A stretch of DNA of 64,000 nucleotides from Porphyrobacter sp. IPPAS B-1204. Lineage in GTDB: Bacteria > Pseudomonadota > Alphaproteobacteria > Sphingomonadales > Sphingomonadaceae. The position numbers and the translations under genes were made by a program. The notes beneath the pieces are model-generated. The model was given only the letters and a program-made list of their open reading frames with translations, made no database searches and was not told the DNA's origin. The DNA is taken from the NCBI GenBank assembly GCA_003724185.1, contig RHGM01000004.1, forward strand, positions 59,466 to 123,465, in the 5' to 3' direction. Of this stretch, positions 38,575-47,668 are shown piece by piece (the first letter of the stretch is position 1; the number at the start of each line of letters is the position of its first letter).

Positions 38575-38589
38575 TTGAAGAAGACTTAA
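38575..38589. promoter_or_regulatory. CtrA-like box upstream of pilin 1
   Basis: TTGA-N7-TTAA, one mismatch from TTAA-N7-TTAA. Confidence 0.55.
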
Positions 38590-38670
38590 TAATTCCAGCG
38601 AAATCAGCCTGGTAATTCTACGAAATGGCGAAGTTCTTCGATGCGAACCCGCCATTGTGTTTTGCACAAA

Positions 38671-38952
38671 GAAAAACGGCGGGGATTTCTCCCCGCCGTT
38701 TCCTTTTTTCGTCTTGCGACGGGATGAATTAGGCGGTCACGCCCGGCTTCATCTTGGTGTCGACGTTCTGGAAGGTGCCCGACAGGGTCGTGCCCAGCGC
38801 CGACATCGCGGTGATCGCGGCAACCGCGATGAGAGCAGCGATCAGGCCGTATTCGATGGCGGTGGCGCCCTGTTCGTCACGGACGAGGTTCTTGAAAAAG
38901 GTCATGTGTAGTCTCCTGTTCTGGTCTTCGGTACCCAAGCCCAGCTGGTCAG
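38671..38952. repeat. ~280-bp tandem duplication, copy 2
   Basis: See 38264-38542. Confidence 0.92.
38729..38905 (-). CDS. Flp/Tad pilin, copy 2
   Basis: MTFFKNLVRDEQG|ATAIEYG...MSALGTTLSGTFQNVDTKMKPGVTA; 54/58 identical to copy 1. Confidence 0.95.
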   Translation of the reverse strand: MTFFKNLVRDEQGATAIEYGLIAALIAVAAITAMSALGTTLSGTFQNVDTKMKPGVTA

Positions 38953-38984
38953 CGGCGGGCATTGGAATTGTTAGGCGATACGTA

Positions 38985-38999
38985 TTGAGAAATTCCTAA
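38985..38999. promoter_or_regulatory. degenerate CtrA-like box upstream of pilin 2
   Basis: TTGA-N7-CTAA (two mismatches) at a similar distance from the start as the pilin 1 box. Confidence 0.4.
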
Positions 39000-39017
39000 T
39001 GCGTAACGATACGTGAT

Positions 39018-39200
39018 TTATGCGGTTATTGCGGTCGTGCTGCGGTTCTCAACGTTTTCCCACATGAGGATCGTGGAGTCCGCAACACCGCTCAAAGCCG
39101 CGATCATGGCCACTACGATAAGAGCAGCGATCAGGCCGTATTCAACTGCAGTGGCACCCGACGTGTCATCGACAAGCTTCTTCATGAATGTCGACAACAT
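39018..39200 (-). CDS. Flp/Tad pilin, divergent third copy
   Basis: ..DDTSG|ATAVEYGLIAALIVVAMIAAL.. Flp motif with a different C-terminus. Confidence 0.92.
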   Translation of the reverse strand: MLSTFMKKLVDDTSGATAVEYGLIAALIVVAMIAALSGVADSTILMWENVENRSTTAITA

Positions 39201-39253
39201 GCCTGAACCCCCTGTTTCCTGCGGCTTGACCTCCCCTAAAATCGGGGGATCGC

Positions 39254-39269
39254 GTTAACAAAAGGTTGA
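39254..39269. promoter_or_regulatory. CtrA-like box upstream of pilin 3
   Basis: The minus strand reads TCAA-N7-TTAAC, one mismatch from TTAA-N7-TTAAC. Confidence 0.6.
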
Positions 39270-39300
39270 AGCGGCGCGCATAGATGGAAAGAAATCCGAC

Positions 39301-39711
39301 ATGGCACATGTGAAGATGCTGGTGGCCGCAGGTGCCCTGCAACGTGCAGATGGGCTGTGGCTGATGCACCGCAGGCCGCCAGGCAAGCACCATGCAGGCT
39401 TGTGGGAGTTTCCCGGCGGAAAGGTCGAAGCGGATGAAATGCCAGCATTTTCCTTGTGCCGTGAACTTGCAGAGGAGCTGGGCATAACTGTGTCCAGCGA
39501 TGCCTGTGTACCCGCCGGGTTTGCTGAAAGCGCGGCTGATGGCGGTGAGCGCGCGATTGTTCTTCTGCTTTACAGATTGCACGACTGGCAGGGCGAGGCG
39601 CGCCCGCTGGAGGGCGGGGCAGTGGACTGGTTCACTCCGGCGGAGGTGCTGGCCTTGCCCAAACCCCCGCTGGACATCGTGCTGGCCCGCCAGCTGTTCC
39701 AAAATGTCTGA
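39301..39711 (+). CDS. NUDIX hydrolase (MutT/NudG-like)
   Basis: WEFPGGKVEADE.....L.RELAEELG Nudix box. Confidence 0.9.
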   Translation: MAHVKMLVAAGALQRADGLWLMHRRPPGKHHAGLWEFPGGKVEADEMPAFSLCRELAEELGITVSSDACVPAGFAESAADGGERAIVLLLYRLHDWQGEARPLEGGAVDWFTPAEVLALPKPPLDIVLARQLFQNV

Positions 39712-39771
39712 CTTCAGGCAAAAGACGCTTGCCAAGCCCGGACGACCCCCCTATCTGGCGCCCCTCAGCGC

Positions 39772-39848
39772 GCACCCGTAGCTCAGCTGGATAGAGCATC
39801 AGACTACGAATCTGAGGGTCGGACGTTCGAATCGTTCCGGGTGCGCCA
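39772..39848 (+). tRNA. tRNA-Arg (ACG)
   Basis: Acceptor stem GCACCCG/CGGGTGC, anticodon arm TCAGA-CTACGAA-TCTGA, TTCGAAT T-loop and encoded CCA; upstream TTGCCA-N17-TATCTG promoter. Confidence 0.97.
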
Positions 39849-39885
39849 AAACAGCCCGCTCCTTGCAAAAGGGGCGGGCTGTTTT
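39849..39885. terminator. bidirectional intrinsic terminator
   Basis: AAACAGCCCGCTCC-N8-GGGGCGGGCTGTTTT. Confidence 0.85.
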
Positions 39886-39901
39886 GGTTCTGGGGCAAAG
39901 A

Positions 39902-40342
39902 TCAATCTCCAGCGCTGTCCTCAAGCGCGTGCATGTCGTCATCCGACAGGCCGAAATGGTGCCCTGCCTCATGGATCACGACGTGGCGAATCAGCGCGTC
40001 AAAGGTGACGCCGGTTTCCTCCATCTCGGCCAGCAGGGGCTGGCGGAACAGGGTGATAACCGGCGGCAGCCCGTCGCTGTCCCACTGCGATCGTTCGGTG
40101 AGAGCGACGCCTTCATACAGGCCGGTCAGCTCCCACCTGTCAGCGATGCCGACGGCATCGAGCTGCTCGGCCGTGGCAAATTCCTCGATCCGCAAGACCA
40201 CACCAGCCAGCTCGCGGCGGAAGGCATCGGGCAGGCGCGCCAGCACGGCATGAGCGGCGGCTTCGAAGTCGGCTGTGCTCGGTTCGTACAAAATTGCTGC
40301 CCTTTTCCGCATCCCGAGGGGGTGAATTGCGCGTATGTGCAA
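39902..40342 (-). CDS. zincin-like metallopeptidase (DUF1025-like)
   Basis: LTGLYEGV.L...ITLFRQPL...VVIHEAGHHFGLSDDD (HExxH); the true start may be slightly downstream. Confidence 0.85.
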   Translation of the reverse strand: MHIRAIHPLGMRKRAAILYEPSTADFEAAAHAVLARLPDAFRRELAGVVLRIEEFATAEQLDAVGIADRWELTGLYEGVALTERSQWDSDGLPPVITLFRQPLLAEMEETGVTFDALIRHVVIHEAGHHFGLSDDDMHALEDSAGD

Positions 40343-40466
40343 CTACATCCATCAAGATGGAGACGGCAGGCGCGGGACGCAATGGCAGGATTATGCTGGA
40401 ACGCCTTGGATGCTTGCGGGTTGACGTCACTCGGGATCGACAGGTGAGGGGGCTCCGACCGGGCCA

Positions 40467-41117
40467 ATGAGTAAAGAAAGACGACAGACCATGAATTACA
40501 TCTCGGCCCACGATCACGACGACGAATTCGATCCTGAGAACCCCCTCGGCAAGCCCGAAGTGCCCCAGCATGTCCAGGACGCGATTCGCACCTTGATCCA
40601 GTGGGCAGGTGACGATCCGGAGCGTGAGGGCTTGCGCGATACGCCCAAGCGCGTAGGGCGCGCGTGGCTGGAATACTGCGAAGGGTACAAGGAAGATCCC
40701 GCGATTCACCTCAGCCGCATCTTCGAGGAAGTGGGCGGCTATGACGAGATCGTGCTGCTCAAGGATATTCCGTTCCAGTCGCATTGCGAACATCACATGG
40801 CCCCGATCATCGGCAAGGCGGCGATTGCCTATCTGCCGAACAAGAAGGTAGTGGGCATCTCCAAGCTGGCGCGCGTGCTGCACGGCTATGCCCAGCGCTT
40901 GCAGATCCAGGAGCGGCTTACGGCGGAAGTTGCCCAGTGCATCTGGGACAATCTCGAACCGCATGGCGTGGCCGTGGTGATCGAAGCGCAGCACGGCTGC
41001 ATGACGGGGCGCGGTGTGAAGACGCCGGGGGTCGGGATGATCACCAGCCGGATTCTGGGCTGTTTCCTCGACAATGACAGCAGCCGCAAGGAAGTGATGA
41101 GCCTGATGGGGTATTGA
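40467..41117 (+). CDS. folE: GTP cyclohydrolase I
   Basis: REGLRDTPKRV, SHCEHH, GISKLAR, LQIQERLT and HGCMTGRGV motifs; alternative start at 40491. Confidence 0.96.
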   Translation: MSKERRQTMNYISAHDHDDEFDPENPLGKPEVPQHVQDAIRTLIQWAGDDPEREGLRDTPKRVGRAWLEYCEGYKEDPAIHLSRIFEEVGGYDEIVLLKDIPFQSHCEHHMAPIIGKAAIAYLPNKKVVGISKLARVLHGYAQRLQIQERLTAEVAQCIWDNLEPHGVAVVIEAQHGCMTGRGVKTPGVGMITSRILGCFLDNDSSRKEVMSLMGY

Positions 41118-41265
41118 CCCTTGATATCTGCAAATCTTCTTACTGAGACATTTTTTGCTTGCATGTGTTAATTCAGCATCATCTGCGCTTGGTTTTTGCG
41201 TGTCGTGCTGGTAGACCAGACAGGTCAACGGCCCCAACGGCCGGGATCATGCAGGAGAAGCTACG

Positions 41266-41712
41266 ATGAAGAAGTTCGTCCTTGCCGGGATGCTGGGTGC
41301 CGCCCTTGCGACGCCCGCTCTCGCGCTCGAACATGAGGTCATGATCGATCACGAAGACGGCCCGATTGCGGCAGATTACAAGGGCTCGGTCACCATCGAA
41401 ACCACGCAAGTCGGCTCGGCCGGGGTCGCAGGTCGTCCCAGCACGCTGCGCTGCAACTGGACTGCCTCGCTCAATGTCGAACGAGTTGCGATGGTGGGCG
41501 AAAGCCTGCGTTCGCAGCGCTCGCTGACCACCGAAGATGTGGCCAGCGGAACGCGTCCGGGCTGGTGCGAAACAAGCGCCAAGGCGATCGACAAGCTGGT
41601 CGACAGCCGCAGCGACCGTTTCCGCACCGCCATGCTGGCGCTGGTCGAGCAGGATCGCAGCGCCATCCTCGCCGAAGCCGAAAGCGCGCAGAACAACAGC
41701 CTCGGCGGCTGA
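41266..41712 (+). CDS. hypothetical exported protein
   Basis: Signal peptide MKKFVLAGMLGAALATPALA, two Cys, and an AGGAG RBS. Confidence 0.75.
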   Translation: MKKFVLAGMLGAALATPALALEHEVMIDHEDGPIAADYKGSVTIETTQVGSAGVAGRPSTLRCNWTASLNVERVAMVGESLRSQRSLTTEDVASGTRPGWCETSAKAIDKLVDSRSDRFRTAMLALVEQDRSAILAEAESAQNNSLGG

Positions 41713-41736
41713 TCCAGCCTCAGGATTGCAGAGACA

Positions 41737-41766
41737 AGGGGCGCTCCTGTACGGGGCGCCCTTTTT
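41737..41766 (+). terminator. intrinsic terminator
   Basis: AAGGGGCGCTCC-TGTA-CGGGGCGCCCTTTTT. Confidence 0.7.
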
Positions 41767-41842
41767 CGTGTTTGCCGTTAGCGGCAAAGCGGCATAGCTT
41801 GCTTGCGGGATCAGCCTGATGGCCTTTCGAAGGAGTTTCCCG

Positions 41843-42355
41843 ATGCTGCGCACCTCTGCCTCTCGTCTGTTTGTTGCTGCTGCTCTTGCCAGCGCGCTCG
41901 CCGCCTGTTCGGGCGAAGGCGCCTCGGACACTGCCGCCAGCGGTGATGCCGCGCCGGCAGGCGAAGTGCCGCCCGTGCTCAAGGAACGGCACGACAATTT
42001 CGAAGGCATCGGCGATGCGTTCAAGGCTGTGCGCGGCGAGCTGGAAAAGGATGCCCCCGATTTCGCCCTGATTGCCGCCAAGGCCACGGACATCAACACC
42101 CGGGCAAAACTGATCGAAACCCATTTCCCCGCAGGCACCAGTGTCGATGATGGTTATGACACCGAAGCTCTGCCGTCGATCTGGCAAAAGCCCGAGGAAT
42201 TCACGGCCGCCGGCCAGAAGCTGATCGACGAAAGCGCCAAGCTGATGACCGTCGCAGGCGGCGGCGACAAGGCCGCCACTGGTGCGCAGGCTTTGGCGAT
42301 GGGCGGCGCGTGCAAGGGCTGCCACGACCAGTTCCGGCTCGACGACAAGAAGTAG
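41843..42355 (+). CDS. cytochrome c' (class II), lipoprotein
   Basis: Lipobox LAA|C, IW..PE.F and a C-terminal CKGCH heme motif. Confidence 0.9.
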   Translation: MLRTSASRLFVAAALASALAACSGEGASDTAASGDAAPAGEVPPVLKERHDNFEGIGDAFKAVRGELEKDAPDFALIAAKATDINTRAKLIETHFPAGTSVDDGYDTEALPSIWQKPEEFTAAGQKLIDESAKLMTVAGGGDKAATGAQALAMGGACKGCHDQFRLDDKK

Positions 42356-42361
42356 CCTGCC

Positions 42362-43048
42362 ATGACCGAGCCAGCTGCCGCGCCCGCCGCAGGCTTGCGC
42401 GATGTGATAGTCTGGGATCCGCTGATCAGGATCACGCATTGGAGCTTTCCGCTGCTGATCCCGGCGATGTGGTGGACGGCGGAGAATTCCAAGTGGGCCT
42501 TGCACCGCCAGATCGGACTGGTGCTGCTGGGCCTGCTGGTGTTCCGGTTGCTGTGGGGTTTCCTTGGGCCTGAGACGGCGCGATTTTCAAGCTTTGTGAA
42601 GGGGCCGGGTGAGGTGATCGCCTATCTGCGCGGCGGCACCGAAGGGCACACCATCGGCCATTCGCCGGTGGGCGGTTGGAGCACGATGGTGCTGCTTGGC
42701 GCGATGCTGTTGCAGGTCAGCATGGGGCTGTTCGCGGGCGATCCCTATGACGGAATGACCGGGCCGCTCAACCCGCTGGTCGGCGTGATGACCGCCGATA
42801 CAATCACCGACCTTCACGAGACGTTTTTCTGGGTGATCGCTGGGCTGATTGGCCTGCATCTGGCTGCGATCACGTTTTATGCCGTCAGGGGCGATGATCT
42901 GCTCAGCCCGATGGTGGGCGGTGATCGCCCGCCGATGGCAGGTGTGACCGGGATTGGGCCAATGCCGTTGGGCCGGGGGCTGCTGGCCGTTGCGCTGGCG
43001 GCAGGCTTTGCCTTGTGGGTGGCCTATGGCGCGCCGCCGCTGACGTGA
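42362..43048 (+). CDS. cytochrome b/b6 domain membrane protein
   Basis: WDPLIRITHW, FRLLWGF.G...ARF, GHSP.GG and LHLAA motifs. Confidence 0.88.
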   Translation: MTEPAAAPAAGLRDVIVWDPLIRITHWSFPLLIPAMWWTAENSKWALHRQIGLVLLGLLVFRLLWGFLGPETARFSSFVKGPGEVIAYLRGGTEGHTIGHSPVGGWSTMVLLGAMLLQVSMGLFAGDPYDGMTGPLNPLVGVMTADTITDLHETFFWVIAGLIGLHLAAITFYAVRGDDLLSPMVGGDRPPMAGVTGIGPMPLGRGLLAVALAAGFALWVAYGAPPLT

Positions 43049-43054
43049 GACGAA

Positions 43055-43090
43055 AAAGGGGCGCTCCCCGATCCGGGAAGCGCCCCTTTC
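43055..43090. terminator. bidirectional terminator
   Basis: AAAGGGGCGCT...AGCGCCCCTTT between convergent genes. Confidence 0.8.
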
Positions 43091-43108
43091 GCCATTTTTC
43101 GTCCGGTC

Positions 43109-43588
43109 TTAAAGCTGGCCGAGCATGTGGTCGGCGCTCGACACCTTGAAATCGCCCGGCTCTTCGACATTGAGCTGTTCGACCACGCCATCATTGATGA
43201 CCATCGAAAAACGCTGCCCGCGCTTCCCCATGCCGAAGCCCGATCCGTCCATCGTAAGGCCGATCGCTTCGACGAATTCGGCGTTGCCGTCCGCCAGCAT
43301 GGTGATGTCATCGCTGCCGGCAGCCTTGTTCCAGGCACCCATCACGAAGGCATCATTGACGGCGGTGCCAACGATCTCGTCAACGCCCTTGGCCTTGAGG
43401 TCGCCGGCTTTCTCCACGAAGCCCGGCAGATGCTTGGCCGAGCAGGTCGGGGTGAAGGCTCCGGGGACCGAGAACAGCGCAATGCGCTTGCCTGCGAAAT
43501 AATCGCTCGACTTGACCGCCTGCGGGCCTTCTGCGGTGGCCTTGACCAGGGTTACTTCGGGGATCTTGTCGCCAACGGAAATCGTCAT
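43109..43588 (-). CDS. peroxiredoxin (Prx5-type)
   Basis: FSVPGAFTPTCSAKHLPG, VNDAFVM.AW and RGQRFSM motifs. Confidence 0.93.
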   Translation of the reverse strand: MTISVGDKIPEVTLVKATAEGPQAVKSSDYFAGKRIALFSVPGAFTPTCSAKHLPGFVEKAGDLKAKGVDEIVGTAVNDAFVMGAWNKAAGSDDITMLADGNAEFVEAIGLTMDGSGFGMGKRGQRFSMVINDGVVEQLNVEEPGDFKVSSADHMLGQL

Positions 43589-43660
43589 GGTGAGTGGTTC
43601 CTCTCTTGGGGGTAGGGGGCGCTCTCTATCGTGCGTGGCGGGGAGGGGCAACAAATAGAC

Positions 43661-43680
43661 ATATAAAGATAAGTTTATAT
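43661..43680. promoter_or_regulatory. 20-bp A/T-rich palindrome, candidate SahR-type operator
   Basis: ATATAAAG-ATAA-GTTTATAT (7/8 arm match) abutting a TTGCCC -35-like hexamer upstream of ahcY. Confidence 0.65.
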
Positions 43681-43771
43681 TTGCCCTTTCGCGCTCGGCT
43701 CGCTAGGGGGCTAGGCGCATAAGCAGACCCTCGCAATCGCGGGTGCCGGTCTGCGCTTAGGAGATACGACA

Positions 43772-45196
43772 ATGGCCACCCTCGCTGCCGCCCCGACCCA
43801 AGAATATGTGATCAAGGACATCGCGCTTGCCCAGTTCGGCCGCGACGAGATCATGATCGCCGAGACTGAAATGCCCGGCCTGATGGCACTGCGCGAAGAA
43901 TACGGCGCGTCGCAGCCGCTTAAGGGTGCGCGCATTACCGGTAGCTTGCATATGACGATCCAGACCGCGGTGCTGATCGAAACGCTTGTGGCCCTGGGCG
44001 CGGAAGTGCGCTGGGCGACCTGCAACATCTTCTCCACGCAGGACCACGCCGCTGCTGCGATCGCTGCGCAGGGCATTCCGGTGTTCGCGATCAAGGGCGA
44101 GACGCTGGGCGAATACTGGGATTACGTGGGCCGCATCTTTGATTGGGCGACCGACGAAAACCCTGATCTGACCTGCAACATGATCCTTGATGATGGCGGT
44201 GATGCCACCATGTTCGCGCTGTGGGGCGCGCGCATCGAAGCGGGCGAGGAAATGGGCGAGCCGACCAACGCCGAGGAAATCGAATTCCAGCGCGCGCTGA
44301 AGGCCTTTGTTGCCGCGCGTCCGGGCTACCTCACCAAGACGGTGAAGGCGATCAAGGGCGTCTCGGAAGAAACCACCACGGGCGTGATGCGCCTCTACCA
44401 GATCGCCAAGCAGGGCAAGCTTCCCTTCCCGGCGATCAACGTGAACGATTCGGTCACCAAGTCGAAGTTCGACAACCTCTACGGCTGCAAGGAATCGCTG
44501 GTCGACGCGATCCGCCGCGCCACGGACGTGATGCTGGCCGGCAAGGTCGCCTGCGTCGCGGGTTACGGCGATGTCGGCAAGGGTTCGGCAGCCAGCTTGC
44601 GCGATGGCGGTGCCCGCGTGATGGTCACCGAAATCGACCCCATCTGCGCGCTTCAGGCAGCGATGGATGGCTTTGAAGTCGTCACCATGGAAGACGCCGT
44701 GAAGCGCGCCGACATCTTCGTGACCGCGACCGGCAACGAAGACGTCATCACCGCCGATCACATGATGAACATGAAGCCGATGGCGATCGTGTGCAACATC
44801 GGCCACTTCGACAGCGAGATCCAGATTTCGGCCCTTTCCAACTACAACTGGAAGGAAATCAAGGAAGGTACCGACATCGTGACCTTCCCCGATGGCAAGT
44901 CGATCATCATCCTCGCCAAGGGCCGTCTGGTGAACCTCGGCTGCGCCACCGGCCACCCGAGCTTCGTGATGAGCGCGAGCTTCACCAACCAGACGCTCGC
45001 CCAGATCGAACTCTTCACCAAGGCCGACGAATACGAGAACGACGTCTACGTCCTGCCCAAGCACCTCGATGAAAAGGTTGCCGCGCTGCATCTGGAAAAG
45101 CTGGGCGTGAAGCTGACCCAGCTTTCGGGCAAGCAGGCCAGCTACATCGGCGTGCCGCAGGCTGGCCCGTTCAAGCCGGACCACTACCGCTACTAA
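43772..45196 (+). CDS. ahcY: S-adenosylhomocysteine hydrolase
   Basis: [43 protein letters not shown] and [18 protein letters not shown] motifs. Confidence 0.97.
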   Translation: MATLAAAPTQEYVIKDIALAQFGRDEIMIAETEMPGLMALREEYGASQPLKGARITGSLHMTIQTAVLIETLVALGAEVRWATCNIFSTQDHAAAAIAAQGIPVFAIKGETLGEYWDYVGRIFDWATDENPDLTCNMILDDGGDATMFALWGARIEAGEEMGEPTNAEEIEFQRALKAFVAARPGYLTKTVKAIKGVSEETTTGVMRLYQIAKQGKLPFPAINVNDSVTKSKFDNLYGCKESLVDAIRRATDVMLAGKVACVAGYGDVGKGSAASLRDGGARVMVTEIDPICALQAAMDGFEVVTMEDAVKRADIFVTATGNEDVITADHMMNMKPMAIVCNIGHFDSEIQISALSNYNWKEIKEGTDIVTFPDGKSIIILAKGRLVNLGCATGHPSFVMSASFTNQTLAQIELFTKADEYENDVYVLPKHLDEKVAALHLEKLGVKLTQLSGKQASYIGVPQAGPFKPDHYRY

Positions 45197-45298
45197 GCCA
45201 CGCAATCCGCCCGCTCTCCCCCGAATTATCGCGGGGCGGTGAGCGGGCGGACGCTTCCCCCGTTGCAAGCCTGCGCGCACACGCATAGCGGTTAGGCA

Positions 45299-47668
45299 AT
45301 GGACGTCTCGCCTCTTTCACTGGTGCTGATTGCGCTTGTGCTCGCCGCCTGGGCGGTGGGGGCGGCGATGGTGGTGCTGCGCGCCAATCGCAGCGTCAAA
45401 CGCGCAAAGGCGATGCGCACCAGTTTGAAGCGGATGCAGACGCTGCTTGATGTGGCGCCCGCGATGCCGCTGCTGGTGCGGGTCGATGGGCGGATCGAGG
45501 CGCCCGACAAGCTGGCGCGGATGCTTGGCCTTACCGCCATGCCCAAATACCTGTCGGAACTGGCCGCACCTGCGGGCAAGGCCAAGGGCGGCGGGCTGGC
45601 GCAGGCGCAGGTCGATCAGCTTTGGACCAGAATTCAGGCCACCCAGAAAAGCGCCGCGCCGTTCCGCATGGCGATCAATCTGCCCAACTCGCAACGCAGC
45701 CTTGCACTTTATGGGACGCTCGCCGATCCACAGGTTTCGCCGGGCGGTGCGGCGCTGGTGTGGGTGTTCGACTTTACCGAAAGCCACGCCGAGATGGCCC
45801 GCCTGCGCGCTGCTGCTGCGCGGGCCACGGGCGATTTTGCTGCTTTGGTGGGCCTGATCGAAGCGGCTCCCATGCCGATGTGGTTTCGCGGCAGCGACCT
45901 TACCTTGCAGCTCGTCAATCAGGCCTATGTCGATGCCGTGGGGGCGACCGCAGCGGCCGAAGTGGTGCAGGGCCAGATCGAACTGCTTGAGCCCGAGGAC
46001 GGCCGCTCCCCCGGCGATATCGCGGGCGCGACCCTGCTCAGCCAGCAAAAGTCCGAACGCATTGTCGCTGCCACCATTCACGGTGCGCGGCGCACGCTGC
46101 GGGTCAGCGATCTGCCACTGGGGCTCGAAGGGGTCGCGGGCTATGCCATCGACATCGAGGAACAGCAGCAGGTCGCCCGCGAATTCCGCGCCTTCCGCGA
46201 TGCGCAGCGTGCGCTGCTTGATCAGCTTTCGGTCGGCGTCGCGCTGTTTGATGCCGACGAGCGTTTGACCTTCGCCAACCGCCCGTTCCGCCGCCTGTTC
46301 AGCCTCACCGACGAGGCGATCGAGGCGCATACGCCGTTCGAACGCTTCCTCGCCGAAGGGCGTGAACGCGGGCGCACGCCCGAAGTGCGCGACTTTCCCG
46401 AATGGCGGCGCGAACGCACCGGCTGGTTCGGGATGCAGGATTCGATCGAGGAGGCATGGCCACTGCCCGGTGGCACCCATCTGCGTGTGGTGGCCCAGCC
46501 GATGCCTGACGGCGGGCTTGTGCTCATCACCGAGGACCGCACCGAAAGCCTCGCGCTTTCCGCTGTCCGCGACACCCTGCTGCGGACCCGCACAGCAACG
46601 CTCGACAGTCTGTTCGAAGCCTTGGCGATCTTCGCGCCCGATGGTTCGGTGCAGCTGTGGAACCGCAGCTTTGCCGGCACCTGGGGGCTTTCGCCCGAAC
46701 TGCTTGACCGGCACCCCAGCGCCGATGAACTGCTGGGTGCAATCGGGCGCAATCTGGTGAACCCGCAAGAGGCAGGGCTGATCGGCGCGGCGGTGCGCGC
46801 CGCCACGCTCGACCGGCGCGAAAAGGGCGGGCAGGTCGATCTGGCGGACGGACGCACCTTGCGCTTTGCGGGCATCCCGCTGCCAGACGGCAACGGGCTG
46901 CTGACGGTGCTCGACATCACCGCTTCGCAAAAGGCCGAACAGGCCCTGCGTGAGCGGGCCGAGGCGCTGGAAGAGGCCGACGCGGTCAAGGCCAAGTTCC
47001 TCGCCAATATGTCCTATGAATTCCGGACGCCGCTCACCACAATTGGCGGCTATGCCGAACTGCTGAAATCGGGGGCAGCGGCGGATGCCGAGGCGGCCGG
47101 CGAATATGTCGACGCGATCCTGAGCGCGGTCGAACGCTTGACCGAACAGGTCGAAAACGTGCTCGACCTGTCCCAGAGCGAGGCCGGGCTGCTGCCGATC
47201 CGCAAGGAACGGCTTGATGTGCTCGATTTCCTCACCACGCTGGTGCGCGAGCGGGAACAGGCGATTATCGCTGCAGGGCTGAGCCTTGATCTGAAGGGGC
47301 GGCGCGGGCGCGTGATCGCCGCCGATCCGCGGCAATTGGGCCGGGCGGTGGGCAATCTTCTCGACAATGCCATCGCCGGAACGCCAGACGGCGGCCGCAT
47401 CGTGATCGAGATCAGGAAGGCAGCGGAAGGGTCTGGCGATGGCGGTGCCTGGACGGTCGAGATCGTCATTGGCGATAATGGCCGGGGCATGACCTCCAAG
47501 GAACTGGCGCGGGCACAGGGCGGTATCAAGGCCGCGGGGGCCGCGCCGGAACGCCGCACCGGGCTGGGCATTCCGCTCGCCCGGCAGTTGATCGCCGCCC
47601 ATGACGGGACGCTGGAAATCACCAGCCGCAAGGGTGCGGGCACCACCGCAACGATACGCCTGCCGTGA
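45299..47668 (+). CDS. divL: DivL-type pseudokinase (N-terminal TM, PAS domains, HisKA with Tyr in place of His)
   Basis: The H-box reads NMSYEFRTPLTTIGGY (Tyr codon 47015-47017); conserved ahcY-divL-tsaE-addBA-trxA synteny. Confidence 0.85.
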   Translation: MDVSPLSLVLIALVLAAWAVGAAMVVLRANRSVKRAKAMRTSLKRMQTLLDVAPAMPLLVRVDGRIEAPDKLARMLGLTAMPKYLSELAAPAGKAKGGGLAQAQVDQLWTRIQATQKSAAPFRMAINLPNSQRSLALYGTLADPQVSPGGAALVWVFDFTESHAEMARLRAAAARATGDFAALVGLIEAAPMPMWFRGSDLTLQLVNQAYVDAVGATAAAEVVQGQIELLEPEDGRSPGDIAGATLLSQQKSERIVAATIHGARRTLRVSDLPLGLEGVAGYAIDIEEQQQVAREFRAFRDAQRALLDQLSVGVALFDADERLTFANRPFRRLFSLTDEAIEAHTPFERFLAEGRERGRTPEVRDFPEWRRERTGWFGMQDSIEEAWPLPGGTHLRVVAQPMPDGGLVLITEDRTESLALSAVRDTLLRTRTATLDSLFEALAIFAPDGSVQLWNRSFAGTWGLSPELLDRHPSADELLGAIGRNLVNPQEAGLIGAAVRAATLDRREKGGQVDLADGRTLRFAGIPLPDGNGLLTVLDITASQKAEQALRERAEALEEADAVKAKFLANMSYEFRTPLTTIGGYAELLKSGAAADAEAAGEYVDAILSAVERLTEQVENVLDLSQSEAGLLPIRKERLDVLDFLTTLVREREQAIIAAGLSLDLKGRRGRVIAADPRQLGRAVGNLLDNAIAGTPDGGRIVIEIRKAAEGSGDGGAWTVEIVIGDNGRGMTSKELARAQGGIKAAGAAPERRTGLGIPLARQLIAAHDGTLEITSRKGAGTTATIRLP

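Noticed and set aside
38264-38952. Tandem repeats as a CRISPR array or invertible pilin switch
   Set aside because: There are only two long direct copies, each encoding a pilin. There are no short repeat-spacer units, cas genes, inverted recombination sites or invertase.
39772-39848. tRNA-Arg as an integration site for an island or prophage
   Set aside because: No integrase is adjacent, I found no duplicated tRNA 3' end in the window, and the flanks are ordinary genes and a terminator.
40380-40490. THF-II (folE motif) riboswitch upstream of folE
   Set aside because: The gene context fits, but I could not match the motif's long hairpin enclosing the RBS. An Rfam search would settle it.
41144-41159. 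Sigma54 promoter TGAGAC-N5-TTGCT upstream of the exported protein at 41266
   Set aside because: The invariant GG at -24 is missing.
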